Shown here: in pieces, positions 24,912-38,000 of the stretch
How positions within the stretch are numbered: the stretch's first letter is position 1
Layout of the letters: each line of letters starts with the position of its first letter
Origin: Ramazzottius varieornatus
Lineage: Eukaryota; Animalia; Tardigrada
DNA length: 64,000 bases
Assembly: GCA_001949185.1 (NCBI GenBank)
Contig: BDGG01000001.1
Location: 320,065-384,064 of the forward strand
Direction of reading: 5' to 3'
Notes under the pieces: model-generated
Database searches by the model: none
What the model saw: only the letters and a program-made list of their open reading frames with translations
What the model was told of the DNA's origin: nothing
Made by a program: the position numbers and the translations under genes

Positions 24912-27089
24912 CACTCTGAGCACCACGCGATTTCATGCTGTTAGAATACCAAGGGTACAACTCACTTGCGCACCGTTTTAACTGGTCGAGAGAAGGGGGG
25001 CGGTACAAAGCGACCAATCAAAATACACCCACGTGAAGTGGCGAACGATACCATATGGAAACAACACTGTGTACCGCCAGTTGACCTGGGTAATGATGCA
25101 GTAGATTTACTTTGATATTCGATTTCATTTAGATTTCTTCTCGCTGCAGTCTAGACGAAAAACCATCTGTTTTGCTGATCTATGGACAGAACAAACATGA
25201 AGACTACACAGACTGCAAGTGATGATACTTCTTCGCCCAAGACTCCGTGGGCAAAATCGACAGCGAGTTGGCTTCTTTTGCAAAGCTTTCGGTTTGCTTG
25301 TGTTGGCCATCTCATCTACTGCTTGATCTGAAGATACTTGGACGCGTGGTACAACGGACGAATTTCTTCATGCTGAAACTAATACTAGGCGTCGTGGAGC
25401 GTCTCAGGAGCTGTCGTTGCATCATCTTCTTACTAACGTCTTGAAGGAACATCCGACGTTTGGTGGGCAACGTGGAATTCCAACCAGGATTGATCTCGCA
25501 CCATATGATGTACGCATCGAGCGCTGAGATGTCCAGAATGTCGTAAAACAACGCCATCGGCCAACGACTGGTCTTACGTCGACAACTGTAGTTTCCGGTG
25601 AGCTGGTCCAGAGTGTCTACCCCGGCTTTCGTTCGGTTGTACTCCATCACAATTTCAGGCTTCTCTTCTTTCGAACTTTCGTCAATGTCGCTGAAACGTA
25701 AAATTACCTTGTGACGTCAGATGTTCTGTCATCTTGTAAGATAGCTTAGCCGCAACACTGTAAAATTTTAGTGACGTCACGCATCTTTTCGATCAACAAT
25801 CTCCATGAGTACGCATCTTTCGTGCATGACGTCACGTCACGAATGATCATAAGGTGCGCTCGATCAAAGTTATGCTCAAACGTCATGCTTCACTTACGCG
25901 TCGAGGTGCATGGAGCTGAGCAGAGTTACTGCCTTGCCTTTCTTTGGAACATAGGAAACCAAGGTGAAATCGGAAGTATGGCCGAACAGCGAGGAGTGGA
26001 CTTCACGGTATTTACTGGGTAGAAAGGCAGAGGGAATTTCCGGTCTACTTTTCCGTATGGTTCCAATAAGTGAGATATTCTTCTTCAGAAGTGCTTCGCC
26101 CAAAGCCAATGAAGTGAAAAAGTTATCCGTCGTTACGTTCCTGCCCGAGTCATCTCCTAAAACCAGAAAAACAAACGCAGGCTTAATTGATTTCAACAAC
26201 AAACATATAACACGGTCAGATATCTTGTTTACAATCAAAACACAAAAGATTTACCTAGGTAGTCCACCAGATCTAACACAACACGCNNNNNNNNNNNNNN
26301 NNNNNNNNNNNNNNNNNNNNNNNNNNNNNNNNNNNNATCAATCCGACTTCGAAAATCTGACTGCAGAGGGCTCTGTAAATGGCGAATCGTGCTTCCCTTC
26401 CCTCGAGACCGTGCGAAGCCTTCTCCATGAAAAGCAGTAATTTTGGAGGAAGAGTCAATCTGTAATTGCAGAGCTTGATGTTAGAATGCCATATAGAAAT
26501 CCCATTTGAAAATCGACAAAAACGTACCCTTGATTTCCGAAAGCTGTCTCCAGTTCTCGCTGAGCTTCCATAGTGCACAAAATCCTACAATACCGTACAG
26601 AAAGCTTCGAAGAAGATGTTGTCGACGAAGAACAGAGGAAGGCTAAGTGGCTGCGATCGGAAAGCGTAAAATCAAATTTTGAATTTTTCGATCGTAACTT
26701 TGACTGTGCCACTAGTGGTAGTAGCGTGTATGACGTCATAGACTGCGCCACATAGTGTTTTGTTTCATGCAAGCGCCATATTTCTTTCTGACCACTGGGC
26801 AACGAAACAAACAGTCTAGTATGCCTTGAATTTTTTCCAAGTCATTGTGTCAAACGATACGCCAGACAGAATTGGATTTGTGTACGAACAGCATTTTACG
26901 ACTAATTTTTCAGAAAAATTTCACACTTTTTGCCCACTGTTTAGCCGGTGGTCGCTGGGTGGACTGGATAGAGAAATGTAGCTCTCAGTCAAACGTGAAA
27001 AAACGAGACGTAAAAGTGGAACAGGAGAGTTTCAACAGCGAGGTAACTGTGCGCCGGACAAGTGAGTTGTACCCTTGGTATTCTAAGTG
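24912..27089 (-). mobile_element. piggyBac-family DNA transposon, internally deleted derivative
   Basis: TTAA at 24908-24911 and 27090-27093. TIR cac-ttagaataccaagggtacaactcacttg at both ends, with a 26-bp insertion in the left copy (24915-24940). Transposase fragments inside; the N gap at 26287-26336 is internal. Confidence 0.92.
25125..26286 (-). pseudogene. piggyBac (PGBD) transposase C-terminal half, with two spliceosomal introns and a frameshift
   Basis: RVVLDLVDYL|GDDSGRNVTTDNFFTS...GTIRKSR...VTLLSSMH...KPEIVMEYNRTKAGVDTLDQL...RRKTSRWP, plus C-terminal Cys-rich domain RCRFC...CSLCSLHVCSVH in a shifted frame. Confidence 0.9.
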
Positions 27090-27268
27090 TTAAAAAGCCT
27101 AGATTTGTATCAACCGGCGTCTGATGAACAATGAATCAAGCGTTGACAATAATGTACGAACGTTTTACGCCGTAAGAATTACGTCCCAAAAATGGGTGCC
27201 GCAGAATTACGTCGTCTAGCTGGTATCAATACATACCCGTCGCCGAAGTCGTTGTAGTGCTCATGGAT

Positions 27269-28205
27269 TTACCCCAAACCGTCGCTGACTTCGGAAATGC
27301 GCAAGCGTTTCATTAGCCGGCGAAGGCAATCTTCCACCCATTGCAGCTGATCCGAGGGATAGGGCCAGGCCACTTTCTTCCAGCTATCGAACGTCGGATC
27401 GAAGAAAGCGAAGTCGCCGGCCAAGCCACATGTTAATTTCGTGGTCGGCAACGTCTTGATCAAAGTTCCATGAGAAGCGGGATCCCAAGCGTAGCTGTAC
27501 AGATCCCAGTCCATCTGCAGATTGCTGAGAATCACCGACCGCCCCGCGCCCAACTTCGGCCCACATCCCAGCGATCCCGAGAAACAATCCGCGTCACGTA
27601 TGTCTCTCAAAATGTGTCCGCGGTTATAGAGCAGGTTGTCCAATATGACAAGCTGAATCTGACTGTGGTAAGTAAGATAAACAGGCAGACAATTTCCTGA
27701 CTTGGGATAAAAAGTACACTCTTTGAGTACTCTTTCTCCAAAGCCATGAATACCGCCAGAATCAATCAAGATGCTTCTGGTATGCGGCGTAATTTGCCGA
27801 GGTGTGATGTTCAGTCTGTTGTAGGGGATACTGTACGATCGTTGGCTTGTGCTTTTCGGCAGAAGCGCTTCCACATTTTCAGATCTCTTGGTCGTAACAA
27901 GGAAACCGACGTCAGTTTTGCTCCTTTGTCCCGCAACAGGTGGTCCCAGCTTTTGCAAACCCTGTTACAGTATGTCACACAATGAATATGCGTCAACAGT
28001 ACGCAGGGGTATACCGATTCTGGAATTCTTACCTTCGGTATCCGAAGCGTTGTAGAGTGGTGAAATGCCGAAAAATATCCAACGCTAGGTCGAAGTGGAT
28101 ATCGGCCCATTGAGCCGTGAACTCTGTGCTCTCTCCCACAGCATTCCCCGTCAAGCCAGACCCGACCGTCTTTCGACGTTTTGCCTCTGGCAATGGGAAC
28201 TCCAT
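27269..28205 (-). CDS. F-box domain protein, probably frameshifted (pseudogene or assembly error)
   Basis: Splicing a 71-nt intron (28032-27962) gives WADIHFDLALDIFRHFTTLQRFGYRRVCKSWDHLL, an F-box consensus. That frame stops at 27811, while an overlapping frame stays open to 27269. Confidence 0.65.
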
Positions 28206-28587
28206 ATCCACGAAGCAGCTGGGAGAACCGAAACCTCCGGGAGCAAATCACCAAGATGAAGTCTCTGTGGAACCAAAGCCCAGAGTCGAACAAGCGACGA
28301 GTGTGCGATACTCGAGTGTGGCACAGAAAGAATCGAGCAATCAATGGGAACAGTCAGAAGTTAGGTCAAGCCGGTTTGATCACGAGACCATCGTACGTTC
28401 CCGAGGATGGGTGAGGCTGGGGAGATCGCGTTTTTGAGCCTAAAGGCTGGCAAGAGCCGCAAGCGGGCCTAGCAAGGCTAGCAGAATCTAAACCAATGTA
28501 TGGTGCATTTTAATAGAAACCAATGCGTTCTCACAGAAAGCGTGATGCAAATGAGTCTCGATTTCGATTCTCTATTGGTCTGATCAG

Positions 28588-28750
28588 CCAAGGACGTATT
28601 GAGGTCCCTAAAAGGTCCGCAATTTGGCCCTTTTTCTACGATGTTGCCTGTCAGGACCGTGCCCCGCACAACCCGGACTGACATTCCCTGAAAACTTCGT
28701 AGAAGAAGGGTCAAATTGCGGACTTTTTAGGGACCTCAATACATTCTTGG
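28588..28750. repeat. Inverted repeat/MITE-like foldback with ~54-bp arms, next to the hAT left end
   Basis: gtattgaggtccctaaaaggtccgcaatttggccctttttctacga pairs with tcgtagaagaagggtcaaattgcggactttttagggacctcaatac (3 mismatches) and extends imperfectly outward. Confidence 0.85.
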
Positions 28751-28765
28751 TTTTGCAGTCTGCAT

Positions 28766-31700
28766 CAGAGCTGCGGAGTTTTTTTTGGCCAGCGGGACAC
28801 CCGCTCAGTTTTCCCGCTCCGCTCAGTTATTTTAACTGAGCGGAACAATAACTGGGAAGGCCCCAGCGGAACTGTAACTGAGCGGGCATTAGTCTTAGCG
28901 TAGCGGAGCGAGAAACTGTCTGTGGCGGAACTGGAGAGCGCCGTGACGCCGTAAAAATACGTTCAATATTAGGTTCACCCTGTGCGCGTTTTGTCCCTAG
29001 CTAGCGAGTAGATAGTAGATACTATGCATTCAGAACGATTTAATGTTACATAAGGGGTGACTAAGCGTTTTATGATTGGTAGGCCCTTCTGTCATACTGA
29101 TTGCCTGATTACTTTCACAGTTCGGGCTCTACTGATAAACAGTTCTTGGTTTTCCACTTTTCCCCTACAATTAGCTTTCCGCAGCAATTGTTTTGCCTTC
29201 TTGGTGATTGTGTTACTCTTCCTTTCAGTCCAGTGCTCCTCACGGAATACGGACATGCCTGGCGAAGCGGTGGTGGTGGTGATCGACAGTGATGATTCTC
29301 CAGAAATCGAAGTGGAATCCACGAAGAAAGTGACCGCCAAGGAGCTGAAGAAGCTTGCAGATGCGAGAGTGGCTAACGACTTCTTCACGGCCTTTTATAA
29401 TAACCCGTTGACGGAAAGATCCTTAAAGACCGGTCGTAAGATTACTCTACATAAAGGGCGCTGCAAACTGTGTCGGAAAGAGAAAGTTGTATGCAGTCAA
29501 GAGGGCTACAGCAACTTCAAAAATCATGTGATTAATGAACATTACAAAGAAACAGTAAGTTTACAATACGTTGATTGATTTCTCATAATCTCTTTTTTGA
29601 AATTTAAATTTATCAGACTGCTCCAATCTCAACTTTGATAGTTGAACGTCTCTTTTGCAGGATTTTGTAACTTTTGCCGCAGAACGATCCTAGAAAGAGG
29701 ATTCCTCGACAAAGACGAAAATCGATGGACTTCTAGAACCGAAGAAGCCAGCCTACCCAAGGAATCATCCGAAGCAACGTTTACTCGACCTGAATGTAGC
29801 TCGGATTCAAGTGGAGACTCTAATTTGCCCTGACATTCTCGGACACAGTTCATTTGACCGAGCGATAAAAGGAGCGGATTCCGCTCTAAACGTATTTTTC
29901 AACAGGATAAAATTAGAAATTACTTCATTATCACATACGTTCCACTTGCGCTGATGATCAAATAAACTACTTTTATTTAGTGGCCTAAAAGGGACACCAT
30001 CACCGGGCGCCTTTTACCAAGCATCTACAAGAAGTTAGAAACGAAAGTACTGGACCTTCTAAAGAGTGCCACTGCCATTGCAATCAATTGCGATATCTGG
30101 AGCAGCAAGCGTCAGAGAGGATACTTCGGAGTTAGTGCGCATTATATCGACGAAAATTTCAAGCCTCAACATGTCCTTTTAGCCTGCCCGAGATTCAGTG
30201 GAATTCACAGCGCCGATCAAATATTGGATTTGACTGTGGAGGTGTTAACAAAGTTTGAAATTGAAAACAAGGTTTGATCTACATTGGAACAGACAACGGA
30301 GCAAACATTGTTAATGCTTTCAAAGATTGGTTTCCTGGATTTATCGACCTCCATGATCCAAACAAATTTGGTAAGTCGTCAAACTCTAATCAAGAAACTG
30401 TTTAACTGCATTCTTAGTAAATAATAAGAGCTGTTGATTTTACAGAATAAATTCACTTTAGTTTGATGTTATATCTAGTGATTTTTTTGTCGTGTTTACA
30501 GATACTGATATGGAAGATGTCTTTCATCGGGTCATTTACGGTGACGAGGAGCTTAAACTGGAGCCGATAGATGCCGAAGACCTCGACACGAGCAGTCCTC
30601 TGGCAGAAGAAGTGGCCGAGAAGTTGATACAGCGATACGAACTGATGCCGACCGAAAAATCTTGGTAGTTCGGGCTGATCTTTCTAAAATTAATTTAATT
30701 CGTTGCATTTTAATCCGTATCTCTACATTCACGGCAAATATATTTTTGTAATATGGAGTCCATGTTTTAGGTAAGGTGTGTTGCTCACACACTGCAGCTC
30801 TGCCTGAAGACACCTGTTGAAAACTCAGTCGAAAAGCTCAGTCGAAAAGCTCGCGTCGGTTGTGGCAAAGCTGAAGAAGTCAACTCAAGGCACTGAATAT
30901 GTGGAAAAGGAGCTGGGAATGGCACTGAAAGCACGTTGCGCCACTCGATGGAACAGCAATTTTATCATGGCTGAGCGAGCCATAAAGTTAGACTGGACGG
31001 CAGCTGGCCTCGATCTCAAACACAGGCTGAGTCGCGAGCACCAAAATATTCTCGAGGACTTTGTTGAAATGACAAGACCTTTTGAAGAAGCCTTTGAAAC
31101 ACTGCAGCGAAACGGAGTGCCTGCTATTTGCCAAGTTCTTCCGTTGATATACGGCCTTCGCATATTCCTTCAGGGAATGCTCGATGGTGATCAGTTCTTA
31201 ATTCTTCACGGCTACGCGGAGGAACTTTTGAAACAGCTAAATGTCGGATTTTCGTCGCTTGAGAACGACGACTTGTTTTTGGCAGCAGCGTTTCTGGACC
31301 CGGCTATCAAATTTAGTTTTACTCATGGAGCAGAAAATCCGGAAGCCGTGAAGAGCAGAACACAAGCCATCGTGCTGGAAATGATGCGACGTGTCGAGCT
31401 AACAAGACCACCACCAGAATTCCGAAGCGAAGAACCCAAAGTGAAGCGTTCGAAGCTCTTTAGCTTCATGGACAAAGAACCTCGTTCCTCAGTTTCCTCG
31501 CGAAGAGACTATTTCGGCAGTCAGTGTCGAAACGGAGTTTCAGCTGTATCTGGATTCCAGATGGGATGAGATTAATCCTCTTGAATTCTACGCCAAGAAA
31601 GAAAATCAAGATATTTTCAAGCGACTTACAGTTATCGCTAAACAAGTTTTGTGCGCTACTGCGGCAACTGCCGGTATTGAAAGAACTTTTAGTATTTCCG

Positions 31701-31954
31701 GTCAGATTTTCCGTGATAGACTCAACCAGTGATCTGAATTTTGAAATGCTATTGTTTTGTAATGTTAATTCTGATCTCCCTACCGCACTTCTCGGTCGAC
31801 GTATACTATCCCTTGATGAATAAATCGCGAAAGTTATATGATTGTTGTGCGGCTTTGTCAAACTGAACTTAACTGAGCGGCCAACTGAGCGGGCCGGGAG
31901 GCAAAAACTCTCAGCGGAAATCTGAGCTTGCTTTCCGAAAACTCCGCACGACTG
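28766..31954 (+). mobile_element. hAT-superfamily DNA transposon (3.19 kb), decayed
   Basis: TIRs cagagctgcggagtttt / aaaactccgcacgactg. 8-bp TSD gtctgcat (28758-28765) / gtccgcat (31955-31962). Subterminal actgagcgg/ccgctcagt repeats at both ends. Confidence 0.93.
29255..31823 (+). pseudogene. hAT transposase with BED zinc finger, intron-containing and frameshifted
   Basis: BED finger CKLC...NFKNHVINEH; catalytic-region motifs IAINCDIWSS, TDNGANIV, CVAHTLQL, CATRWNS, AAAFLDP and ERTFSISG; several stops and frameshifts. Confidence 0.9.
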
Positions 31955-32873
31955 GTCCGCATTCTAAACCGGATTTTGCGGCCTGAAACAGATGGGAAAC
32001 CGTCTTAGAATACTACGGATTTTGGCCGGTGATCGACAGGCCTCGCGAGGCTCCCGGATTTTCGTGCTGTTTTACAGTCAGAACCGCAGCCTATCGAGGC
32101 TAGAGATCTGGATGAGGAGACAGGCTGGGTCTCGTCAGCCTAATAGTAATGGGTCGATCCGCCCCTGATTCTAACACGGCCGTGAATCAATGTCGTGTTT
32201 GCGATTACCGAGTGGCAGAGGGGAAAATCGTGCAATCAATGGGGACAGTTACATGGAAAGCAAAACCAACTGGCCGCAATCACATCATCGTGCAAAGCAG
32301 CGTCGTACACTGCGTAACCTGTTATGATACATACTTGACTGACCACCAGACTACAGCCTGGGACGTAAAGCGGGTACTCAACGCTTTCGACCGGAAGTCT
32401 TTCTTGTTGCGATGTTGGGAAGATCGTTAAGATTTAAGAGCAACACCTGGCAACACTTTTCCCCCAAGGATGCCCACTCTGCTGCTGTTGGGCCCTTTGG
32501 TCTTCAACCTTTTCTCACAAGCGTTTGTGTCTGTTGCAGTCTGACTTTCTGGTTTGGGTGTATTCGCCGACCTGTCTCACCTAAGTTTGTATCTTGGGCC
32601 ACTTGACTCACCCTCTTCATTCAATTGTCTCCCTTTCTGTTCTGAGAAGGATGTCCTCATTCCAGTCCTGGGCCTTTTAATTCTACCCAGACGGTGTCGA
32701 GTTGCATAATCCCCCTCGTTGTTTGATTTCTCTGAGACGCACGAACATTCGCTTCTGTCGTCGATGTCTGCCTTTGGTTTTCTACCGTGATTTCATCAGG
32801 TATCCTCCGGCCTGTTGGTTGATTCTCAGTTGGATTTTGGAGTCATCTATCGGACCGCTTTCTGTTTTCAGGA

Positions 32874-34965
32874 ATGAAGAAGCTGCTCTTAAGTCGGAAT
32901 AAAGCGTCACCCGAAGATATTCCCGCGGTCGAAAGGAAGCCCGAACCGCTGCCGGATTTCCGTCAAGCTGCCTTCTCGAGCTGTCGCCACTTCTTGGAAG
33001 ACGATAGTCTAGACTCCTCCAGCCGTTTCACCCCTTCCAGAAAACCTGTAAGTCTGTCCAGAGAGCCCACGGTGCTCACCACGAATTTTCGACCGAATTT
33101 AATCCATGAGATGCCACATTGATAATCTCGAATAACTGAAAATTCTCCTGACTTTCTCATTTGCTCCTTCTGTCGATGCTCTGTTCACGGTAGTCTTCGG
33201 ATACTGGACGTTGTTGTTTGTAGAAGCTTCACGAGATGTTTCCAAGTCCGTGTTCGATGGTCGATTACGATTCGGACACTTTCTTCCCTTCGTCGCCATC
33301 AGTCGCAGCCGTTACGCCGGCTAAGCCTGCTGTCCTCCTTCCTGCAAACCCGACAACACCTCCAGCAGAGCCTGTCCAGATCACACCTATCCCGCAGAAG
33401 ATGAAGAAGGTGCGGAGGAAGAAGCGCAGTCGGATTCTGCCGGACGGAGTGACGCTGGAACAGCTGGCTGCCTTCAGCGCTTCAACGTCGACACCTCCGG
33501 AATGGGCTGCGCACTTTAAGAAGGCTGACTTCGGCACCGACTACACTCTCCGGCCACGCACGGAACGTCCTCGCTATGATCTGCAGTCGGAGGAAGCAGT
33601 GGTCGACACCCCAGGATGCCAGAATCGGAAGAAACCAAAACTCAAGGTTGGGGAAAACTGCTCAAGTGATTTTTGATTAGATATCACCTATCGGCTGTGG
33701 TTGATTGGTCGATTGTAAGTATATCTTTGTGGTGAATCAACCAATCAACTGACGGTGTGACCGGAAGTGCGAAAGCCCGTGGTAGTTCGGTAATGTTGCA
33801 CCATTCGCGTCTCGATGTCATGTCATATTATGTATCGATACCTGATCACAGATCGTCCACCAAACCTTGGTTTTCTTTCCGCAGGATGGTTTGGTGTCAC
33901 CGAAGCCAACGACGAAAAGAAGAGCTGTATACTCGAGAGGCCCAGGAAGGAAAGTGCAGCGGACCACCTCAAGTGAACGAGCAGAAGAAGACGTCAGAGC
34001 CAGGCTGGAACTCCCCGCCAAGATGCAGAAGCTCATTTCCGCTGCCAGCTTGGCCAACGGTGTCCACTGCATTTGCTCGTCCTCCCTAGACATTGGTCCG
34101 CAGATCGAGTGCGAGAAGTGCGGGTTGTGGCAGCACATGTTCTGTATGAATATGTTCGGCAAGGACACCGATGGCTACGTTTGCAATCACTGCAACCAAA
34201 GCCTGGCCAAGAAGCCATACAACCCGGAAGAAGCGCTGAAAGCCTTTTCTGCTTACGCCTCATCCTTGCCGGTCACAAGTAAGAAAAGAAATGCTCTTGC
34301 CTTGGTTTTCAGTACGGTTTCAGAAGTTGGAGTATTGAAGAAACAACTAAGGAAATTTTCTCCATTCAGGGCCGTGCTCACTGAGCATCGCGCAACGGCT
34401 CCGAATGTGGGCACGGCCTTGAACGTACCACTGTACGATAAAAATGACAAAACTGTGGGTTTTGAACATAGAAGCAATACTGTAGGAAGCTGTTTTAATT
34501 TCAGAGGACGAGAAGGACGAGCAGGAGGACAAGCCGAAGGAGTTAAAAGACCAGAAAGTCCTCATCAACGAAGCGAAGGTGGAGAAAGTCGACAAGGTGC
34601 TCATCTCGAAGGCTCCCAAGCGAGCGTTGAGCAACCTTCGAAGGAAGCCCGGTCGTCCAGCCAGAACCGACTCTCTCCTAAAGACCAAGTCCATCCCCAG
34701 TGTTCTCCGAGGAGCTTCGGTGGAAACAGCCATGACTAGTGAACCTGAAACACCTCCCGTCATGAAGGAACGAATATCCTACGGACGGTCGGACGAAGCC
34801 GCGCCGGAAACGTTCAACCAAGTTTTTGAATTGAAAAAACAGATAAACTTGAAGATTGTTCAGAAGAGAAATAAGTCTCCTCTTCTCACTGCCAATCCTT
34901 TACCAGAGTTTAATTCGATTGTGATAGACAAGGAAAGTTCACACCCCCCGAAAAATGTTAGTTGA
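32874..34965 (+). CDS. PHD-finger protein (multi-exon, mostly low complexity)
   Basis: VHCICSSSLDIGPQIECEKCGLWQHMFCMNMFGKDTDGYVCNHC is a C4HC3 PHD finger. Basic NLS-like stretches (KMKKVRRKKR). Ends approximate. Confidence 0.8.
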
Positions 34966-35012
34966 GAATCAGTATTCTTTTGTTGAGCTTTTTCTGGAAG
35001 TTGTCTTTTCCG

Positions 35013-38000
35013 TTACTTGTTGGTTTTACGACGTAGGTACTTTTTTGTTTCTTCTCTCAAATAGCCTCGTTTTTTCATACGAAGAATAAAACTGTCGACG
35101 TTGTAAAAGCCACTGAAACGATACTTCATCAGTCTGTCTTCGTCGTCTTCGCGGTTGTCCATGACGTCGTCCAGGCTGAGCTCCCGAGGCACCATCTGGT
35201 TGACGATGGTGTTGCGGTGATCTTAGTGGCCGTGGATAGCTTCAGGTGATTCTTTGGGGTCCACTTCGTCGTCGATCCGCTCTTCGATGCTTTCCACCTC
35301 GCCGACCAGCTTGTCGATGACGGATTCTTTAGAGAAGAGGACGGCCAGAACTTCGCCTTCATCTAGATCTGGACCTTCTTGCGCTGCTTGAGCTAGCTTG
35401 ATCACCTCTTCGATACTCTCCGCTCGTGAAACGAAGTTCGTTTTCCTGGAGAATACAGAAAACGACCTTTGATACTACTCGGAAAAGTGGTCTGAAGCTA
35501 GCCAACCGGAAACCAAGTGCCTCCGGGTACAAAACAGGAGCGCGCCCACACGTTACGGGCACAGCCCTGATCAGTCGGAGGTTGAGTGTTTTCGCTCTCA
35601 GGGCCGTGCCTTCAAGACAGTAATGACACAGCCCTGAAGAATTCGCGCCATTTGCTCTCGTTCAGGCTGTGCTCATGGTGTGACGGTATTCGAGCACATC
35701 CTTGGATGGGAAAATACAAGCTGAAACAAACGTACGGTTTTTCGCGGAGAGGTTTGATAGTGCTCCTTCGGACCTTGCCAGGAATACTTTGTTGGAAGAG
35801 CATGCGATGAGGATTCTTCTCCGAATCTTTCGCTTCTCCCTGTGTGATCAAGCCTGTCAGGATCATCGGGTTCTTGGCTTTATACAGCGCTTGCTGTTGC
35901 GAAATCTTCAGGCTGTACGTCGCTTGAAACATTTCTTTCCTGATCTCTTTCACTGCATTCTCAAGGTCCTTCAGTTTCTTGTTCCACTGCTGCGCCTTGG
36001 CTTCCGCGTCCTGTCTCAAATTCTTCACCGTCTCCACCGCTTGTTCACACTTCGAAGCCACATGCTCCAAGTCCTGCTCCATAAAGGCACTGACAGGTTT
36101 CACTTTGTTCTTCTCAGCCACTTCTTTCCACGCTGCATCCAGAAGAACCTTCGCTTGCTCCTGTTGAGCTTTCGTTTCGACGATTCTGTATTTCAACCGC
36201 ACCATCTGTTCTTCGAAGCTTATGTCTTCTATCTTCAACCAATCCTCCATTTCAGCCTTACTCAAACCTAGCCTGAATATCGTGGCTTCCTCGTCTTCAA
36301 TTTCGTTCTGTATGACCATGTTCTTGTCGTTGATGACCTGAGTTTCGTTGATCAACGCCGTGATCTTCTCTTCTGTTGCAGCGATCAACCCATCCAGTCG
36401 TTCGGCTTCGGGTACGTTGCTGCTTTCCCTCAGTCTTTTATCGAGGCGGCTCTTTTCTTCCACCTCGAAGTGGAGTAGGCGGATACTGGCGCGAAGGTCA
36501 TCAATGCTTTTGGTTTTCTGTTCCATCTCATGGATGAATTTCGTCTTTAGGGTTTCTTTGAACGTTTCCATGTCGTCACCCCGTTTCTGTTGTTCCTTCA
36601 AGTAATGGATTTTGAGCTGACGCATGGCCACTTCTAGCCGTTGTCGTCGAAGCAGTTGCATAACTAAACACAGGCCACTGTACCAAAAATAAATTCGGCA
36701 ACGAAACGGAATCTGTCGGTCATTATCAGTGGGTATTAACTTTTCCGTTGGCCTCGGTACCGGTGTATGTTTTTTATAAATTCTACATTGATGCGATTTG
36801 CCATTTCTTCTACCTCGAATTCTGTGGGTCTCTTCCGATTGCATATCGTCCATCTTTTTCCTTATGACTTCCTGCAGCTGTTCCCACTTGACTCGAACCT
36901 TTTCCTGGAGTAGTTTACCGCTTTCTTCAGGAGCTATCCGCACGAGTTCTCCGAGACACTGATTGGTCCGTAAAAGTTTGTTGAAGAACCCAACGTTCTA
37001 TCAAACAACGTCCATCTCCAACCAAAGTACAGTACACGCGTCTGGCCTAAATGTAGGGAGGACAAAAATATGGGAANNNNNNNNNNNNNNNNNNNNNNNN
37101 NNNNNNNNNNNNNNNNNNNNNNNNNNNNNNNNNNNNNNNNNNNNNNNNNNNNNNNNNNNNNNNNNNNNNNNNNNNNNNNNNNNNNNNNNNNNNNNNNNNN
37201 NNNNNNNNNNNNNNNNNNNNNNNNNNNNNNNNNNNNNNNNNNNNNNNNNNNNNNNNNNNNNNNNNNNNNNNNNNNNNNNNNNNNNNNNNNNNNNNNNNNN
37301 NNNNNNNNNNNNNNNNNNNNNNNNNNNNNNNNNNNNNNNNNNNNNNNNNNNNNNNNNNNNNNNNNNNNNNNNNNNNNNNNNNNNNNNNNNNNNNNNNNNN
37401 NNNNNNNNNNNNNNNNNNNNNNNNNNNNNNNNNNNNNNNNNNNNNNNNNNNNNNNNNNNNNNNNNNNNNNNNNNNNNNNNNNNNNNNNNNNNNNNNNNNN
37501 NNNNNNNNNNNNNNNNNNNNNNNNNNNNNNNNNNNNNNNNNNNNNNNNNNNNNNNNNNNNNNNNNNNNNNNNNNNNNNNNNNNNNNNNNNNNNNNNNNNN
37601 NNNNNNNNNNNNNNNNNNNNNNNNNNNNNNNNNNNNNNNNNNNNNNNNNNNNNNNNNNNNNNNNNNNNNNNNNNNNNNNNNNNNNNNNNNNNNNNNNNNN
37701 NNNNNNNNNNNNNNNNNNNNNNNNNNNNNNNNNNNNNNNNNNNNNNNNNNNNNNNNNNNNNNNNNNNNNNNNNNNNNNNNNNNNNNNNNNNNNNNNNNNN
37801 NNNNNNNNNNNNNNNNNNNNNNNNNNNNNNNNNNNNNNNNNNNNNNNNNNNNNNNNNNNNNNNNNNNNNNNNNNNNNNNNNNNNNNNNNNNNNNNNNNNN
37901 NNNNNNNNNNNNNNNNNNNNNNNNNNNNNNNNNNNNNNNNNNNNNNNNNNNNNNNNNNNNNNNNNNNNNNNNNNNNNNNNNNNNNNNNNNNNNNNNNNNN

